A DNA stretch of 64,000 nt. It comes from a virus. Below are positions 1-7,091 of this stretch, in pieces; the stretch's first letter is position 1, and each line of letters starts with the position of its first letter. The stretch lies in IMG/VR virus record IMGVR_UViG_3300045988_164636, positions 32,001 to 96,000 of that record; one strand, given 5' to 3'. The translations under genes were made by a program, and so were the position numbers. Below the pieces are notes generated by a model, which made no database searches, had not been told where the DNA came from, and saw nothing but the letters and a program-made list of their open reading frames with translations.

Positions 1-21
1 AAGAGAAAGGAAATTAAAAAT

Positions 22-444
22 ATGAGGTTATGGCATACGGATTTAATATCTGTTCTTCCAAAGGAACAGCTTGTAGGTCAATGGAGAGAACTTTCCGCAA
101 TAGCAGGTTCAATTAAGCAGAAAGGTACTCCCAACCATCTTCTTGTTAATTTTGTAATGGATTATGATTTAGACCATTTTATTAATTATGCTCGTATGAT
201 AAGAGCGGAAATGACAAAAAGAGGATACAGAACTGCTAATTCTGTTTGGGAAAAGATAGCTTCTCTAAAAGAAGATTATACTCTTATAAAAGACAAAGAA
301 GTTTATCCTGATATTATGAATAGTCAATATCTTTCAATTTGTTATGAAAATCTTCTGGAAAAATTCATTAGAGGTGGCATATCAGAAGAGGATATGAACA
401 ATATAGAAGAAGTTTTTAAAGAAGCATTTGAAGTAAATATGTAA
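22..444 (+). CDS. pyrimidine-dimer DNA glycosylase / endonuclease V-like (DenV family) protein
   Basis: 140-aa ORF. The opening MRLWHTDLISVLPKEQLVGQWRE matches my memory of the MRLWH..LI..LP..QLLGQ.RE start of the Pyr_excise family. Confidence 0.55.
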   Translation: MRLWHTDLISVLPKEQLVGQWRELSAIAGSIKQKGTPNHLLVNFVMDYDLDHFINYARMIRAEMTKRGYRTANSVWEKIASLKEDYTLIKDKEVYPDIMNSQYLSICYENLLEKFIRGGISEEDMNNIEEVFKEAFEVNM

Positions 445-454
445 AAAAAATCAT

Positions 455-483
455 TTGAAAAAATAAAAAATTTTTGTTATAAT
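455..483 (+). promoter_or_regulatory. sigma-70-type promoter: TTGAAA, 17-bp spacer, TGtTATAAT (extended -10)
   Basis: TTGAAA at 455-460 and TATAAT at 478-483 with TG at -15/-14. It lies in a ~45-nt block repeated almost exactly at 1196-1240. Confidence 0.6.
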
Positions 484-512
484 ATATATACAATAAAGAA
501 AGGAAATAAAAA

Positions 513-746
513 ATGCAGACGATTTATAAGATGAAGTTAAATACAATTAATGATGTTAAGTCTTTTGTCGATGCGGCAAATGAATATAAGGGAAGAATTA
601 CTGTCCGCAATATGCACTACGCTGTAGACGGAAAGTCAATCATGGGAATTTTTTCAATTGATTTGTCGGGTATTCTTGATGTAGAATTTGATAATGAACC
701 CAGTAATGAAATACTTGATTTATTTAAGAGTTGGAGAGTTAAGTGA
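513..746 (+). CDS. HPr-like phosphocarrier-domain protein
   Basis: 77-aa ORF with an aaaggaaat RBS. The segment VDGKSIMGIFSIDLSG resembles the conserved (A/D)KSImg..sL.. core of the PTS HPr family. Confidence 0.45.
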   Translation: MQTIYKMKLNTINDVKSFVDAANEYKGRITVRNMHYAVDGKSIMGIFSIDLSGILDVEFDNEPSNEILDLFKSWRVK

Positions 747-1198
747 AGGAAGTTCATATTTTAATAGGAATCCCCGCAAGTGGTAAATCTACTTTTGCTA
801 AAAATTTTGTTTTCTCTCATAAAGGGTACAAAATTGTATCAACAGATGATATAAGATGGAAGTTATTTGGAGATGCAAGTATACAGGGAAATCCTAAGAT
901 GATTTTTGCTATTGCTCACAAAGAAATTATGTCTTATTTAGATAAAGGATATAATGTTATATTTGACGCAACAAATATATCAAGAAAAAATCGAGTAAAT
1001 CTTATTAATTTTTTAAAAGAATGTGAAGTAGAAAATGTTGTGGCGGATTATTTTCCTGTTACAATAGATGTTGCTCTTGAGAGAAATCAGCAAAGAAAAA
1101 GACACGTTCCAGAAAAAGTTATTCATAAGATGTTTGGCAAAATTGAGAAGCCTAAATATGAGGAAGGATTTTCAGAAATAAATTGCCACAACGATTAA
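743..1198 (+). CDS. P-loop kinase, polynucleotide-kinase-like (AAA_33 type)
   Basis: Walker A GIPASGKST, then STDDIR, FDATN and a lid-like ERNQQRKRHVP. The layout resembles the kinase domains of T4 Pnk and Clostridium thermocellum Pnkp. GTG start overlaps the upstream stop. Confidence 0.55.
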   Translation: MKEVHILIGIPASGKSTFAKNFVFSHKGYKIVSTDDIRWKLFGDASIQGNPKMIFAIAHKEIMSYLDKGYNVIFDATNISRKNRVNLINFLKECEVENVVADYFPVTIDVALERNQQRKRHVPEKVIHKMFGKIEKPKYEEGFSEINCHND

Positions 1199-1199
1199 T

Positions 1200-1228
1200 T
1201 TGAAAAAATAAAAAATTTTTGTTATAAT
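1200..1228 (+). promoter_or_regulatory. promoter of the tRNA cluster: TTGAAA-N17-TGtTATAAT
   Basis: TTGAAA at 1200-1205 and TATAAT at 1223-1228. It is a near-identical copy of the 455-483 promoter block. Confidence 0.6.
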
Positions 1229-1281
1229 ATATATACAGTTTGAGAAAGAAATAAAAATTAAAAAATCTCAAACTTAGATAT

Positions 1282-1357
1282 TGCGGGATGATGCAGAGGT
1301 AACATGTTAGCTTAGTAAAACTAATTACAGAGGGTTCAAGTCCTTCTCCCGCCACCA
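1282..1357 (+). tRNA. atypical tRNA-like gene, anticodon undetermined
   Basis: Exactly 76 nt. It has a 6-bp acceptor stem with a 1:72 mismatch, a T arm (gaggg/ttcaagt/ccttc), discriminator A and an encoded CCA. The D stem has only 3 bp. The anticodon arm folds as gttag/ctaat closing a 10-nt loop (cttagtaaaa), or as a longer hairpin with a tetraloop. No canonical 7-nt anticodon loop can be drawn. Confidence 0.45.
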
Positions 1358-1526
1358 GTGGATTTTCATATTCCGCTTTCTACGAGCGATAGCTTGCATG
1401 AGAAGTAGACGGGACCGGTCATCAATGATTGCAAGGTTGAGAACTTCCGCTTCAATTCCTTTAAATAGTTATATCTCCTGCGGGAATATGACAGCCTTGA
1501 AATTGCGATAGAGAGGTAGGTTTTAT
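1358..1526 (+). other. structured non-coding spacer containing a tRNA 5'-half-like segment (1400-1440)
   Basis: gagaagt at 1400-1406 is complementary to the 3' acceptor strand tcttctc at 1586-1592. The hairpin tcaat/gttga at 1422-1440 carries gattgcaag in its loop, echoing ttgattgcaatg at 1551-1562. No plausible ORF is present. Confidence 0.3.
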
Positions 1527-1596
1527 GGGAAGATAGCATAAAAAATGCACTTGATTGCAATGAGGGATATTGGTTGAAATCCAATTCTTCTCACCA
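1527..1596 (+). tRNA. atypical short tRNA-like gene (possible UGC or GCA anticodon)
   Basis: 7-bp acceptor stem gggaaga/tcttctc, U8, a perfect 4-bp D stem gcat/atgc with an all-A 5-nt D loop (no GG), and a T arm attgg/ttgaaat/ccaat (G at position 56). Discriminator A and CCA are present. Only 19 nt are available for the anticodon arm plus variable loop. The best fold is a 4-bp stem with loop attgcaa. Confidence 0.4.
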
Positions 1597-1600
1597 ATAT

Positions 1601-1676
1601 GGAGATGTAGCTCAGATGGTAGAGCAACGGGCTTTTAATCCGTGAGCCAAGGGTTCGAACCCCTTCATCTTCACCA
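1601..1676 (+). tRNA. tRNA-Lys (anticodon UUU)
   Basis: Full cloverleaf: ggagatg/catcttc acceptor, tagctcagatggtagagc D arm, acggg-cttttaa-tccgt anticodon arm, gggttcgaacccc T arm, and encoded CCA. Confidence 0.9.
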
Positions 1677-2102
1677 GCCGCAGTTTCTTATATAATTAAT
1701 CTGAGGGACTAAATTAAAATTGATTATATAGAGAGAATAAACATGGATTTAGTAGATAAACTACCACCGATTGATTAATTCAAGTATGTGGCTCGTGGCT
1801 TAAACTCTCTACAAAAAATAAGGCAAAGTAATCTACAATATGGTATTATCTGTACCAAGGTCTTAACCTCGAGACCTTATAAATAAAGAAGGAGATAATT
1901 GCTCTACTCGTAGTCTCATTAGCTTTAAAAGCAACAGAACGAGGACTAACTAAGTGATTCATGAGTCACTGGTTAGGTTCAGTAGTAGATTTAGCCTGTA
2001 TCGGCTTGGTGTACGAGAAATTGCGTCATAGACGTGGTTTCTGAGGCACGCTGGAGAATTTAGACATCCAGAGGAAGTAGATCCTACTACTGAATTAAAT
2101 AT
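1677..2102 (+). ncRNA. approximately 425-nt structured non-coding spacer between tRNA-Lys and tRNA-Glu (candidate large ncRNA)
   Basis: No ORF. Long-range helix ttcagtagtag (~1978-1988) pairs with ctactactgaa (~2083-2093). Local hairpins include aaggtct...agacctt (~1857-1878), ctcgt...acgag and ctaac..gttag around a near-palindrome gtgattcatgagtcac. Confidence 0.35.
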
Positions 2103-2179
2103 GGCACCATCTTCTAATAAGGTCAGGAAACCGGTCTTTCACATCGGTAATATGGGTTCAAATCCCGTTGGTGTCACCA
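2103..2179 (+). tRNA. tRNA-Glu (anticodon UUC)
   Basis: Acceptor ggcacca/tggtgtc, anticodon arm ccggt-ctttcac-atcgg, T arm atggg-ttcaaat-cccgt, discriminator A and CCA. Confidence 0.8.
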
Positions 2180-2184
2180 AATTT

Positions 2185-2263
2185 ACGTCATTAGCTCAGC
2201 TGGATTAGTAGCAACCGCCTTCTAAGCGGTAGGTCATAGGTTCGAATCCTATATGGCGTGCCA
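2185..2263 (+). tRNA. tRNA-Arg (anticodon UCU)
   Basis: Acceptor acgtcat/atggcgt, D arm tagctcagctggattagtagc, anticodon arm accgc-cttctaa-gcggt, T arm atagg-ttcgaat-cctat, and CCA. Confidence 0.88.
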
Positions 2264-2303
2264 ATCAAAAGAATTTTAATAATTATGGTTATTGATTCTG
2301 TTT

Positions 2304-2379
2304 ACCGGTATAGCTTAGTCGGTAAAGCGTCGGACTGTTAATCCGTAGACCGTAGGTTCAAGTCCTACTACCGGTGCCA
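2304..2379 (+). tRNA. tRNA-Asn (anticodon GUU)
   Basis: Acceptor accggta/taccggt, D arm gctt-agtcggta-aagc, anticodon loop ctgttaa, T arm gtagg-ttcaagt-cctac, and CCA. Confidence 0.85.
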
Positions 2380-2560
2380 ATGTCGTAGTTTGTATGTTTA
2401 CAGCGACTTTAAATAAATTGATTAGACATTCTATCAGGCTCATGTTGTTAGCACCTTTTGTGAAATTAGCTAATCTAAGTTAGCCGCCATCCTGATAAAA
2501 ATAAAAACTTTGCGAACAAAAGAGTGTAAGCGGATAATGCTTAGACATTTCCGTGTATTA

Positions 2561-2636
2561 GCTGGAATAGCATAATTGGTGATGCAACGCTCTTGTAAAG
2601 CGGAGACTGTAGGTTCGAGTCCCACTTCCAGCACCA
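2561..2636 (+). tRNA. tRNA-Thr (anticodon UGU)
   Basis: Acceptor gctggaa/ttccagc, D arm gcat-aattggtg-atgc, anticodon loop cttgtaa, T arm gtagg-ttcgagt-cccac, and CCA. Confidence 0.85.
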
Positions 2637-2641
2637 TTTAT

Positions 2642-2715
2642 GTGGATATAGTTCAATGGTAGAATGCTAGCCTTCCAAGCTAGATATGCGAGCTCAATTC
2701 TCGTTATCCACTCCA
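2642..2715 (+). tRNA. tRNA-Gly (anticodon UCC)
   Basis: Acceptor gtggata/tatccac, anticodon arm ctagc-cttccaa-gctag, T arm gcgag-ctcaatt-ctcgt (unusual T loop), and CCA. Confidence 0.82.
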
Positions 2716-2918
2716 TCAAGAACACCTCTTTCACTCTAAAAAGTTAAATTCTTGGAATTAATGATCAAACAACATAAAATCCGATGTTTTGTATTGGTAG
2801 TTGAAAAATAAAAAGGAATAATATTAGCAACAATATTATTATACTTATATTTTTTGAGTGCCATAGTTTTAGGTTAATAGAGTGGAGAATAAAAGGTTGC
2901 TATTTTATTCTCCGATAT

Positions 2919-2992
2919 TGCACAGTCGCCAAGTGGCAAAAGGCAGTAGACCTTGACTCTACCATTCGCTAGTTCGAATCTAGCCTGTGCAG
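2919..2992 (+). tRNA. tRNA-Gln (anticodon UUG), with C at position 33
   Basis: Acceptor tgcacag/ctgtgca, D arm gcc-...-ggc, anticodon arm gtaga-ccttgac-tctac, T arm gctag-ttcgaat-ctagc. No CCA is encoded directly. The loop reads c-c-TTG-a-c, so the usual U33 is a C. Confidence 0.7.
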
Positions 2993-3081
2993 GACCAACG
3001 TCTTTAGTAACCTCCCCGTGGTGTTGGTTGGGTAATTCTAATACTAAAGTTTCGATAGAGGACACTTCCTCATAAAGCGGC

Positions 3082-3101
3082 TACAGCAAATATTCTTATA
3101 A
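3082..3101 (+). repeat. 20-nt direct repeat copy 1 (tacagcaaatattcttataa) in a hairpin loop
   Basis: Identical 20-mer at 3226-3245. This copy is enclosed by the stem aaagcgg (3074-3080) / ccgcttt (~3124-3130). Confidence 0.8.
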
Positions 3102-3225
3102 ATTGGATTATGAAAAATTTTTTCCGCTTTGTTAATTTATTTAAGACGGACAAACAGCAACTTCAAATGATAAATTATTTTTATGTTAAGCCTCCTTCCA
3201 TCCGTCTTGAAAATAGAAAGAGCCT

Positions 3226-3245
3226 TACAGCAAATATTCTTATAA
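3226..3245 (+). repeat. 20-nt direct repeat copy 2 (tacagcaaatattcttataa) in a hairpin loop
   Basis: Identical to 3082-3101. It is enclosed by the stem agagcc (3220-3225) / ggctct (~3267-3272). Confidence 0.8.
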
Positions 3246-3281
3246 TACTTTTTATTATATTAATTAGGCTCTTGTATTTAC

Positions 3282-3325
3282 AAAAAATGCGGAATGATAA
3301 TATAAAAATCATTCCGCATTTTTTA
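3282..3325. terminator. rho-independent terminator ending the tRNA region (A-tract, hairpin, T-tract; potentially bidirectional)
   Basis: Stem gcggaatga (3289-3297) / tcattccgc (3309-3317), flanked by aaaaaat and attttttt. Confidence 0.75.
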
Positions 3326-3344
3326 ATATAGAAAGGAATTAACT

Positions 3345-3623
3345 ATGGTATCATTTGAATTAAAAGAAAATCAAACTGGATATGAAGTCATAGAAGATTA
3401 TTTTGTAAAAAAATTTAATTTTCGTTTAGGAATTTATGAACAATATCTTGTTGCTTTGGAAATATCATATGATAATGTTTATTGGACAAGAGTTACAGAT
3501 ATATTACAAACAGATTCAATGTATTTTGAATGGGGTATAGATTGGTATGAAGGTGAAAAATATATTCATCTTTTAGGTGTTAAAAATATAGAAGATATTG
3601 ACATTATTGGAGAAGGAGTTTAA
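3345..3623 (+). CDS. hypothetical protein
   Basis: 92-aa ORF with RBS gaaaggaatt. Its stop directly abuts the next start. Confidence 0.5.
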   Translation: MVSFELKENQTGYEVIEDYFVKKFNFRLGIYEQYLVALEISYDNVYWTRVTDILQTDSMYFEWGIDWYEGEKYIHLLGVKNIEDIDIIGEGV

Positions 3624-3624
3624 A

Positions 3625-5073
3625 ATGACAATTACTGAACAACTTACAGATATGTTATCAGAAAAAAGAACTGAAAATGGAGCAATCTCATGGAGTACAA
3701 CACAGTCTAGAATTATAGATATGTTTGCTTCAATAGGCGGCAAAAGAAATGCTTCAACAGAAGAAATAGAAAATATATATCTTGCCGCACGAACAGAAAA
3801 TGCGGATTTAGCTGACAAGATGATTTTCTATTGTAGAGATATTCTTGGGGGACTGGGAGAAAGACGTATTGGAAGAATATTGCTTCATAAATTAGCTTGT
3901 ATTGACCCTGATAAAATGAAAAGAAATTTTAACTTAATTGCAAAGTATGGTAGATGGGATGACTTTTATTGTTTAGAATATACTCCCTGTGAAATGGATA
4001 TGTGGGAATATTTATATGGACAACTTATATTCGATCATATGGAATATACGTTACGCACTGGAAATGTTTCATTACTTGCTAAATGGCTTAAGAGTGAAAA
4101 TGCTTCTTCTGCGGAAGCTAAAAGACTTGCCCGCAAGTTTTGTCAGATAAATAATATCTCTTATAAAAAGTATAGAAAGATACTTTCAGAATTAAGAAAA
4201 TATATAAATGTAATTGAAACTAAAATATCTAAAAATGAATGGAATACAATTGAATATTCAACTATTCCTTCAATAGCTCATCATAAATATTCAAGTGCTT
4301 TTGCAAAACATGATAGAGAAAGATATACAGAATATCTTGAAAAATTAAAATCAAATAGTCCAGAAGTAAAGATAAATGCAAAGACGATAACTCCCGCAAC
4401 AATTATTTCAAATATATCTAATCCAGCGGCAGAAGCTCAGTGGAATGCCTTACCTAACTATTTTACTGGTAACAAGAATATCATTTGTTGTGCAGATGTT
4501 AGTGGTTCAATGAGGTATAGTGGCTGTTGTTCGGGAACTCAACCAATAGATAATTCAATAGGATTAGCAATGTATTGTGCAATGCACAATAATGGAATTT
4601 ATAAAAATAAATATTTGACTTTTACTGATAAACCTACATTAATTGAATATGATTCAAAAAGAGATTTAGCATATAACGTTGGACGAGCAAAAACTCATAT
4701 AGGATATAACACTAATCTCGATGGAATGTTTGAAGCAATTTATGAGGCGGCATCCGCAGCACACAGGTCACCAGAAGGTCTTGTAATTGTTTCAGATATG
4801 GAAATAGATAGCTTTTTAGCAGAAAATAAAACAGATGGCATAGTTGATAAGTGGTCAAAAAAGTTCCATGCTGCTGAGCTTGCATTTTTCCCCGTTGTAT
4901 TTTGGAATGTTGATGCTCGTAATGACTTTACTATATTAAATAAAATTAAAAATCCTTATGTTAAATATGCAAGTGGCAATTCTCCTACAATATTTAGCAA
5001 TCTTGAAACAATTATGGATAAATCTCAGTATGATGCAATAGTAGAAATATTAAATAAGTATGAAGTGGTTTAA
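3625..5073 (+). CDS. DUF2828-type (TROVE/Ro60-related) protein with a C-terminal vWA domain
   Basis: Start chosen at ATG 3625 after RBS gaaggag. The N-terminal TENGAISWSTTQSRIIDMF matches my memory of the TENG..(Y/F).S(T/S)g...LD.F DUF2828 signature. The vWA MIDAS motif ADVSGSM is present. Confidence 0.55.
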   Translation: MTITEQLTDMLSEKRTENGAISWSTTQSRIIDMFASIGGKRNASTEEIENIYLAARTENADLADKMIFYCRDILGGLGERRIGRILLHKLACIDPDKMKRNFNLIAKYGRWDDFYCLEYTPCEMDMWEYLYGQLIFDHMEYTLRTGNVSLLAKWLKSENASSAEAKRLARKFCQINNISYKKYRKILSELRKYINVIETKISKNEWNTIEYSTIPSIAHHKYSSAFAKHDRERYTEYLEKLKSNSPEVKINAKTITPATIISNISNPAAEAQWNALPNYFTGNKNIICCADVSGSMRYSGCCSGTQPIDNSIGLAMYCAMHNNGIYKNKYLTFTDKPTLIEYDSKRDLAYNVGRAKTHIGYNTNLDGMFEAIYEAASAAHRSPEGLVIVSDMEIDSFLAENKTDGIVDKWSKKFHAAELAFFPVVFWNVDARNDFTILNKIKNPYVKYASGNSPTIFSNLETIMDKSQYDAIVEILNKYEVV

Positions 5074-5091
5074 TACCACTTCATTTTTTTA
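5062..5091 (+). terminator. rho-independent terminator
   Basis: Stem gaagtgg / ccacttc overlapping the stop codon, followed by attttttt. Confidence 0.65.
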
Positions 5092-5171
5092 TATGTATGG
5101 GTAAAATAAAAACATCTAATTGCTGTATTTTTTAATTATTATTGTAATATAAAGAAAGGAGCTAATGTCTT

Positions 5172-5333
5172 ATGATTAATATAATCGGACAAGGAGATAA
5201 AACAACAACTTATTTAATGTCTTATGTTGCTGATACAGAAGCAGATATTACTGCGGAAGAACCTTCTGATAATATAGCAATTGGTAGCACTTGCTTAGTT
5301 ATAGAAACTTCTAATGTATATATTGCTTGGTAG
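5172..5333 (+). CDS. small hypothetical protein (53 aa), possibly fibre-associated
   Basis: Too short for the ORF track. It reads ATG 5172 to TAG 5331-5333 (MINIIGQGDKTTTYLMSYVADTEADITAEEPSDNIAIGSTCLVIETSNVYIAW), with aaaggagc 9 nt upstream. Confidence 0.35.
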   Translation: MINIIGQGDKTTTYLMSYVADTEADITAEEPSDNIAIGSTCLVIETSNVYIAW

Positions 5334-5371
5334 TGATAGACAATGGCATTTATTATAAGGGGGTAATTTAA

Positions 5372-7072
5372 ATGGATATGACTTTATATGCCCTTTTAAA
5401 CAAAAAAATAAAAGGCGTTATTTCTGGAGTAGATTCTGTTCAAGTAAAAAATCAAAATTTAGTTTTTAATTTTACAGATGGGTCTACTCAAACAATGATA
5501 TTCCCTACTCCCGCAGATGGAAAAAATGGTACTAGCATTATAGATATAGATGTAGATGCGGCTAACCATTTAATTTGTACAATGTCAGATAACACTATTA
5601 TTGATGCAGGTATAGTCAATACTGTGCAAGGTGAGAGAGGTCCCGCAGGAAAAAATGGAAAAGATGGCAAAAATGGTATCAATGGACAAGATGGTATAGA
5701 TGGTATTTCGCCTACTGTTACAATAACTGAATCAACAGGCAGACATACTATATCTATTACAGATAAAGAAGGAGTAAAATCTTTTGTTGTTAAAGATGGT
5801 TCTGCTCTTGATGTAGAAGACTATTATACAAAAGATGAAGTTAATGCAGAATTAGATAAAAAAGCTAATGCGGCAGATTTACCTACTATACCTACCAATT
5901 TATCTGAATTTAATAATGATGAAAACTTCATCAAAAATACTGTTGATAATCTTATTCATTACTATAATAAAGCAGATACATATACACAGACAGAAGTTAA
6001 TAACTTAATTGCAAATATACAAAAATTAACTTCTCAAATTGTTACAGAATTACCCACTGAAAATATTGATACAAGTGTTATATATTTAATAAAGCAAGAA
6101 GAATCTAATTCTTATATGCAATATATGTATATCAATAATGCTTGGGCGGAATTAGGTACAACACAAGTAGATTTATCTAATTATTATAATAAAAGTGAAA
6201 TAGATAATAAACTTGCGGAAAAGGCTGATAAAACAGAATTACCTACAGTTCCAACTATGGTTTCCGCATTTATTAATGATGCAAAGTATATAAGTGATTA
6301 TACTGAAACAGACCCAACTGTTCCTACATGGGCTAAAGCTAAAACTAAACCTACATATACAGCTGCAGAAGTTGGAGCATTACCTGATGATACTGAGGTA
6401 CCTATTTTTACTAATAAGCAAGTGCTTGATAGCATTACTTCTGAAAAAGTTAATGGCTGGGATGAAGCTGCCGCAAATAAGCATACTCATGAAAATAAAA
6501 TTGTGATTGATAAATTCTCTGAAAATGATGAGGGGAAAGTTGTATATGATAACAAACCTTTAGCAAGTGATAATCTTTGGCATGGTACGCAGGCAGATTA
6601 TGATGCTCTTGGTGAATATGACGAGAATAAGACTTATGTTATTACTGACGGCGGCGAAGATGTTGATTTAAGCGAGGTCGTAATTGACGATAGTTCTACT
6701 ACATCTGAAAAAAAGTCTTGGTCTGTGAAGAAGATAAATGATACTATTGTTTTGAAAAATACTAGAATATTATATAAAAACGCTCCGACATCTTCAGGAA
6801 TGACAACCTTTACATTAAATATATCCTCTTTAGGATTGACCCATGGCATATATCATTTTAAATGTTATATAGTAGGTAATGGCAATGTCGCTCATTGTGC
6901 TGAAGGCAGTATTGGACAATATAATGGTAGTTATTACATATCTATTGATTATAAATCATCTCACATTTCCAGTATCGTTGTAAACGGAACAACAATTACA
7001 GTCACAACTTCTGCAGCTCATTATAATCTTAGTTTTTCTATTCAATCAATATATGATTGGGCAGAATCATAA
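5372..7072 (+). CDS. tail fibre protein with a collagen-like segment
   Basis: Gly-X-Y run GERGPAGKNGKDGKNGINGQDGIDG. There are repeated (K/T)AD(L/K)..(I/V)PT.(L/V)S.F.ND modules. RBS is aagggggt. Confidence 0.75.
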   Translation: MDMTLYALLNKKIKGVISGVDSVQVKNQNLVFNFTDGSTQTMIFPTPADGKNGTSIIDIDVDAANHLICTMSDNTIIDAGIVNTVQGERGPAGKNGKDGKNGINGQDGIDGISPTVTITESTGRHTISITDKEGVKSFVVKDGSALDVEDYYTKDEVNAELDKKANAADLPTIPTNLSEFNNDENFIKNTVDNLIHYYNKADTYTQTEVNNLIANIQKLTSQIVTELPTENIDTSVIYLIKQEESNSYMQYMYINNAWAELGTTQVDLSNYYNKSEIDNKLAEKADKTELPTVPTMVSAFINDAKYISDYTETDPTVPTWAKAKTKPTYTAAEVGALPDDTEVPIFTNKQVLDSITSEKVNGWDEAAANKHTHENKIVIDKFSENDEGKVVYDNKPLASDNLWHGTQADYDALGEYDENKTYVITDGGEDVDLSEVVIDDSSTTSEKKSWSVKKINDTIVLKNTRILYKNAPTSSGMTTFTLNISSLGLTHGIYHFKCYIVGNGNVAHCAEGSIGQYNGSYYISIDYKSSHISSIVVNGTTITVTTSAAHYNLSFSIQSIYDWAES

Positions 7073-7091
7073 AAAAGGAGAGTGAAACAAT

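Noticed and set aside
1282-1357. Idea that the aberrant tRNA-like gene is an ochre suppressor (the loop contains t-t-a) that would read the in-frame TAA in the Dam-like gene at 44117.
   Set aside because: No 7-nt anticodon loop with U33 followed by UUA can be drawn. The only consistent stem leaves a 10-nt loop. All other genes use TAA as a normal stop, so a general suppressor is unlikely. The link is kept only as a remote possibility inside the Dam finding.
1400-1596. Single tRNA with a ~120-nt group I intron, or a tmRNA, spanning gagaagt (1400) to tcttctcACCA (1596).
   Set aside because: At 197 nt it is too short for a group I core or a normal tmRNA. It has no G3:U70 pair, no tag-like ORF, and no R/S core elements. 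A complete acceptor partner (gggaaga, 1527) lies closer, so I prefer two separate tRNA-like elements. The question remains unresolved without covariance models.
3082-3245. Interpreting the repeated ...cttataat... 20-mers as sigma-70 promoters.
   Set aside because: A TATAAT-like hexamer is present, but the only -35-like hexamer (ttacag) is ~10 nt away rather than 17. There is no TG extension, unlike every other promoter in the window.
1152-3331. Track ORFs 1152-1355(-), 1366-1584(-), 2874-3065(-) and 3110-3331(+).
   Set aside because: They overlap tRNA genes or structured spacers, lack RBSs and have low-complexity, implausible sequences. I treat them as non-coding.
5372-7072. Collagen-like Gly-X-Y run as evidence of a host-derived collagen or exosporium BclA gene.
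   Set aside because: The run is short (about 9 triplets) and embedded in a typical phage fibre protein, next to a tail-collar protein. This is common in phage tail fibres.
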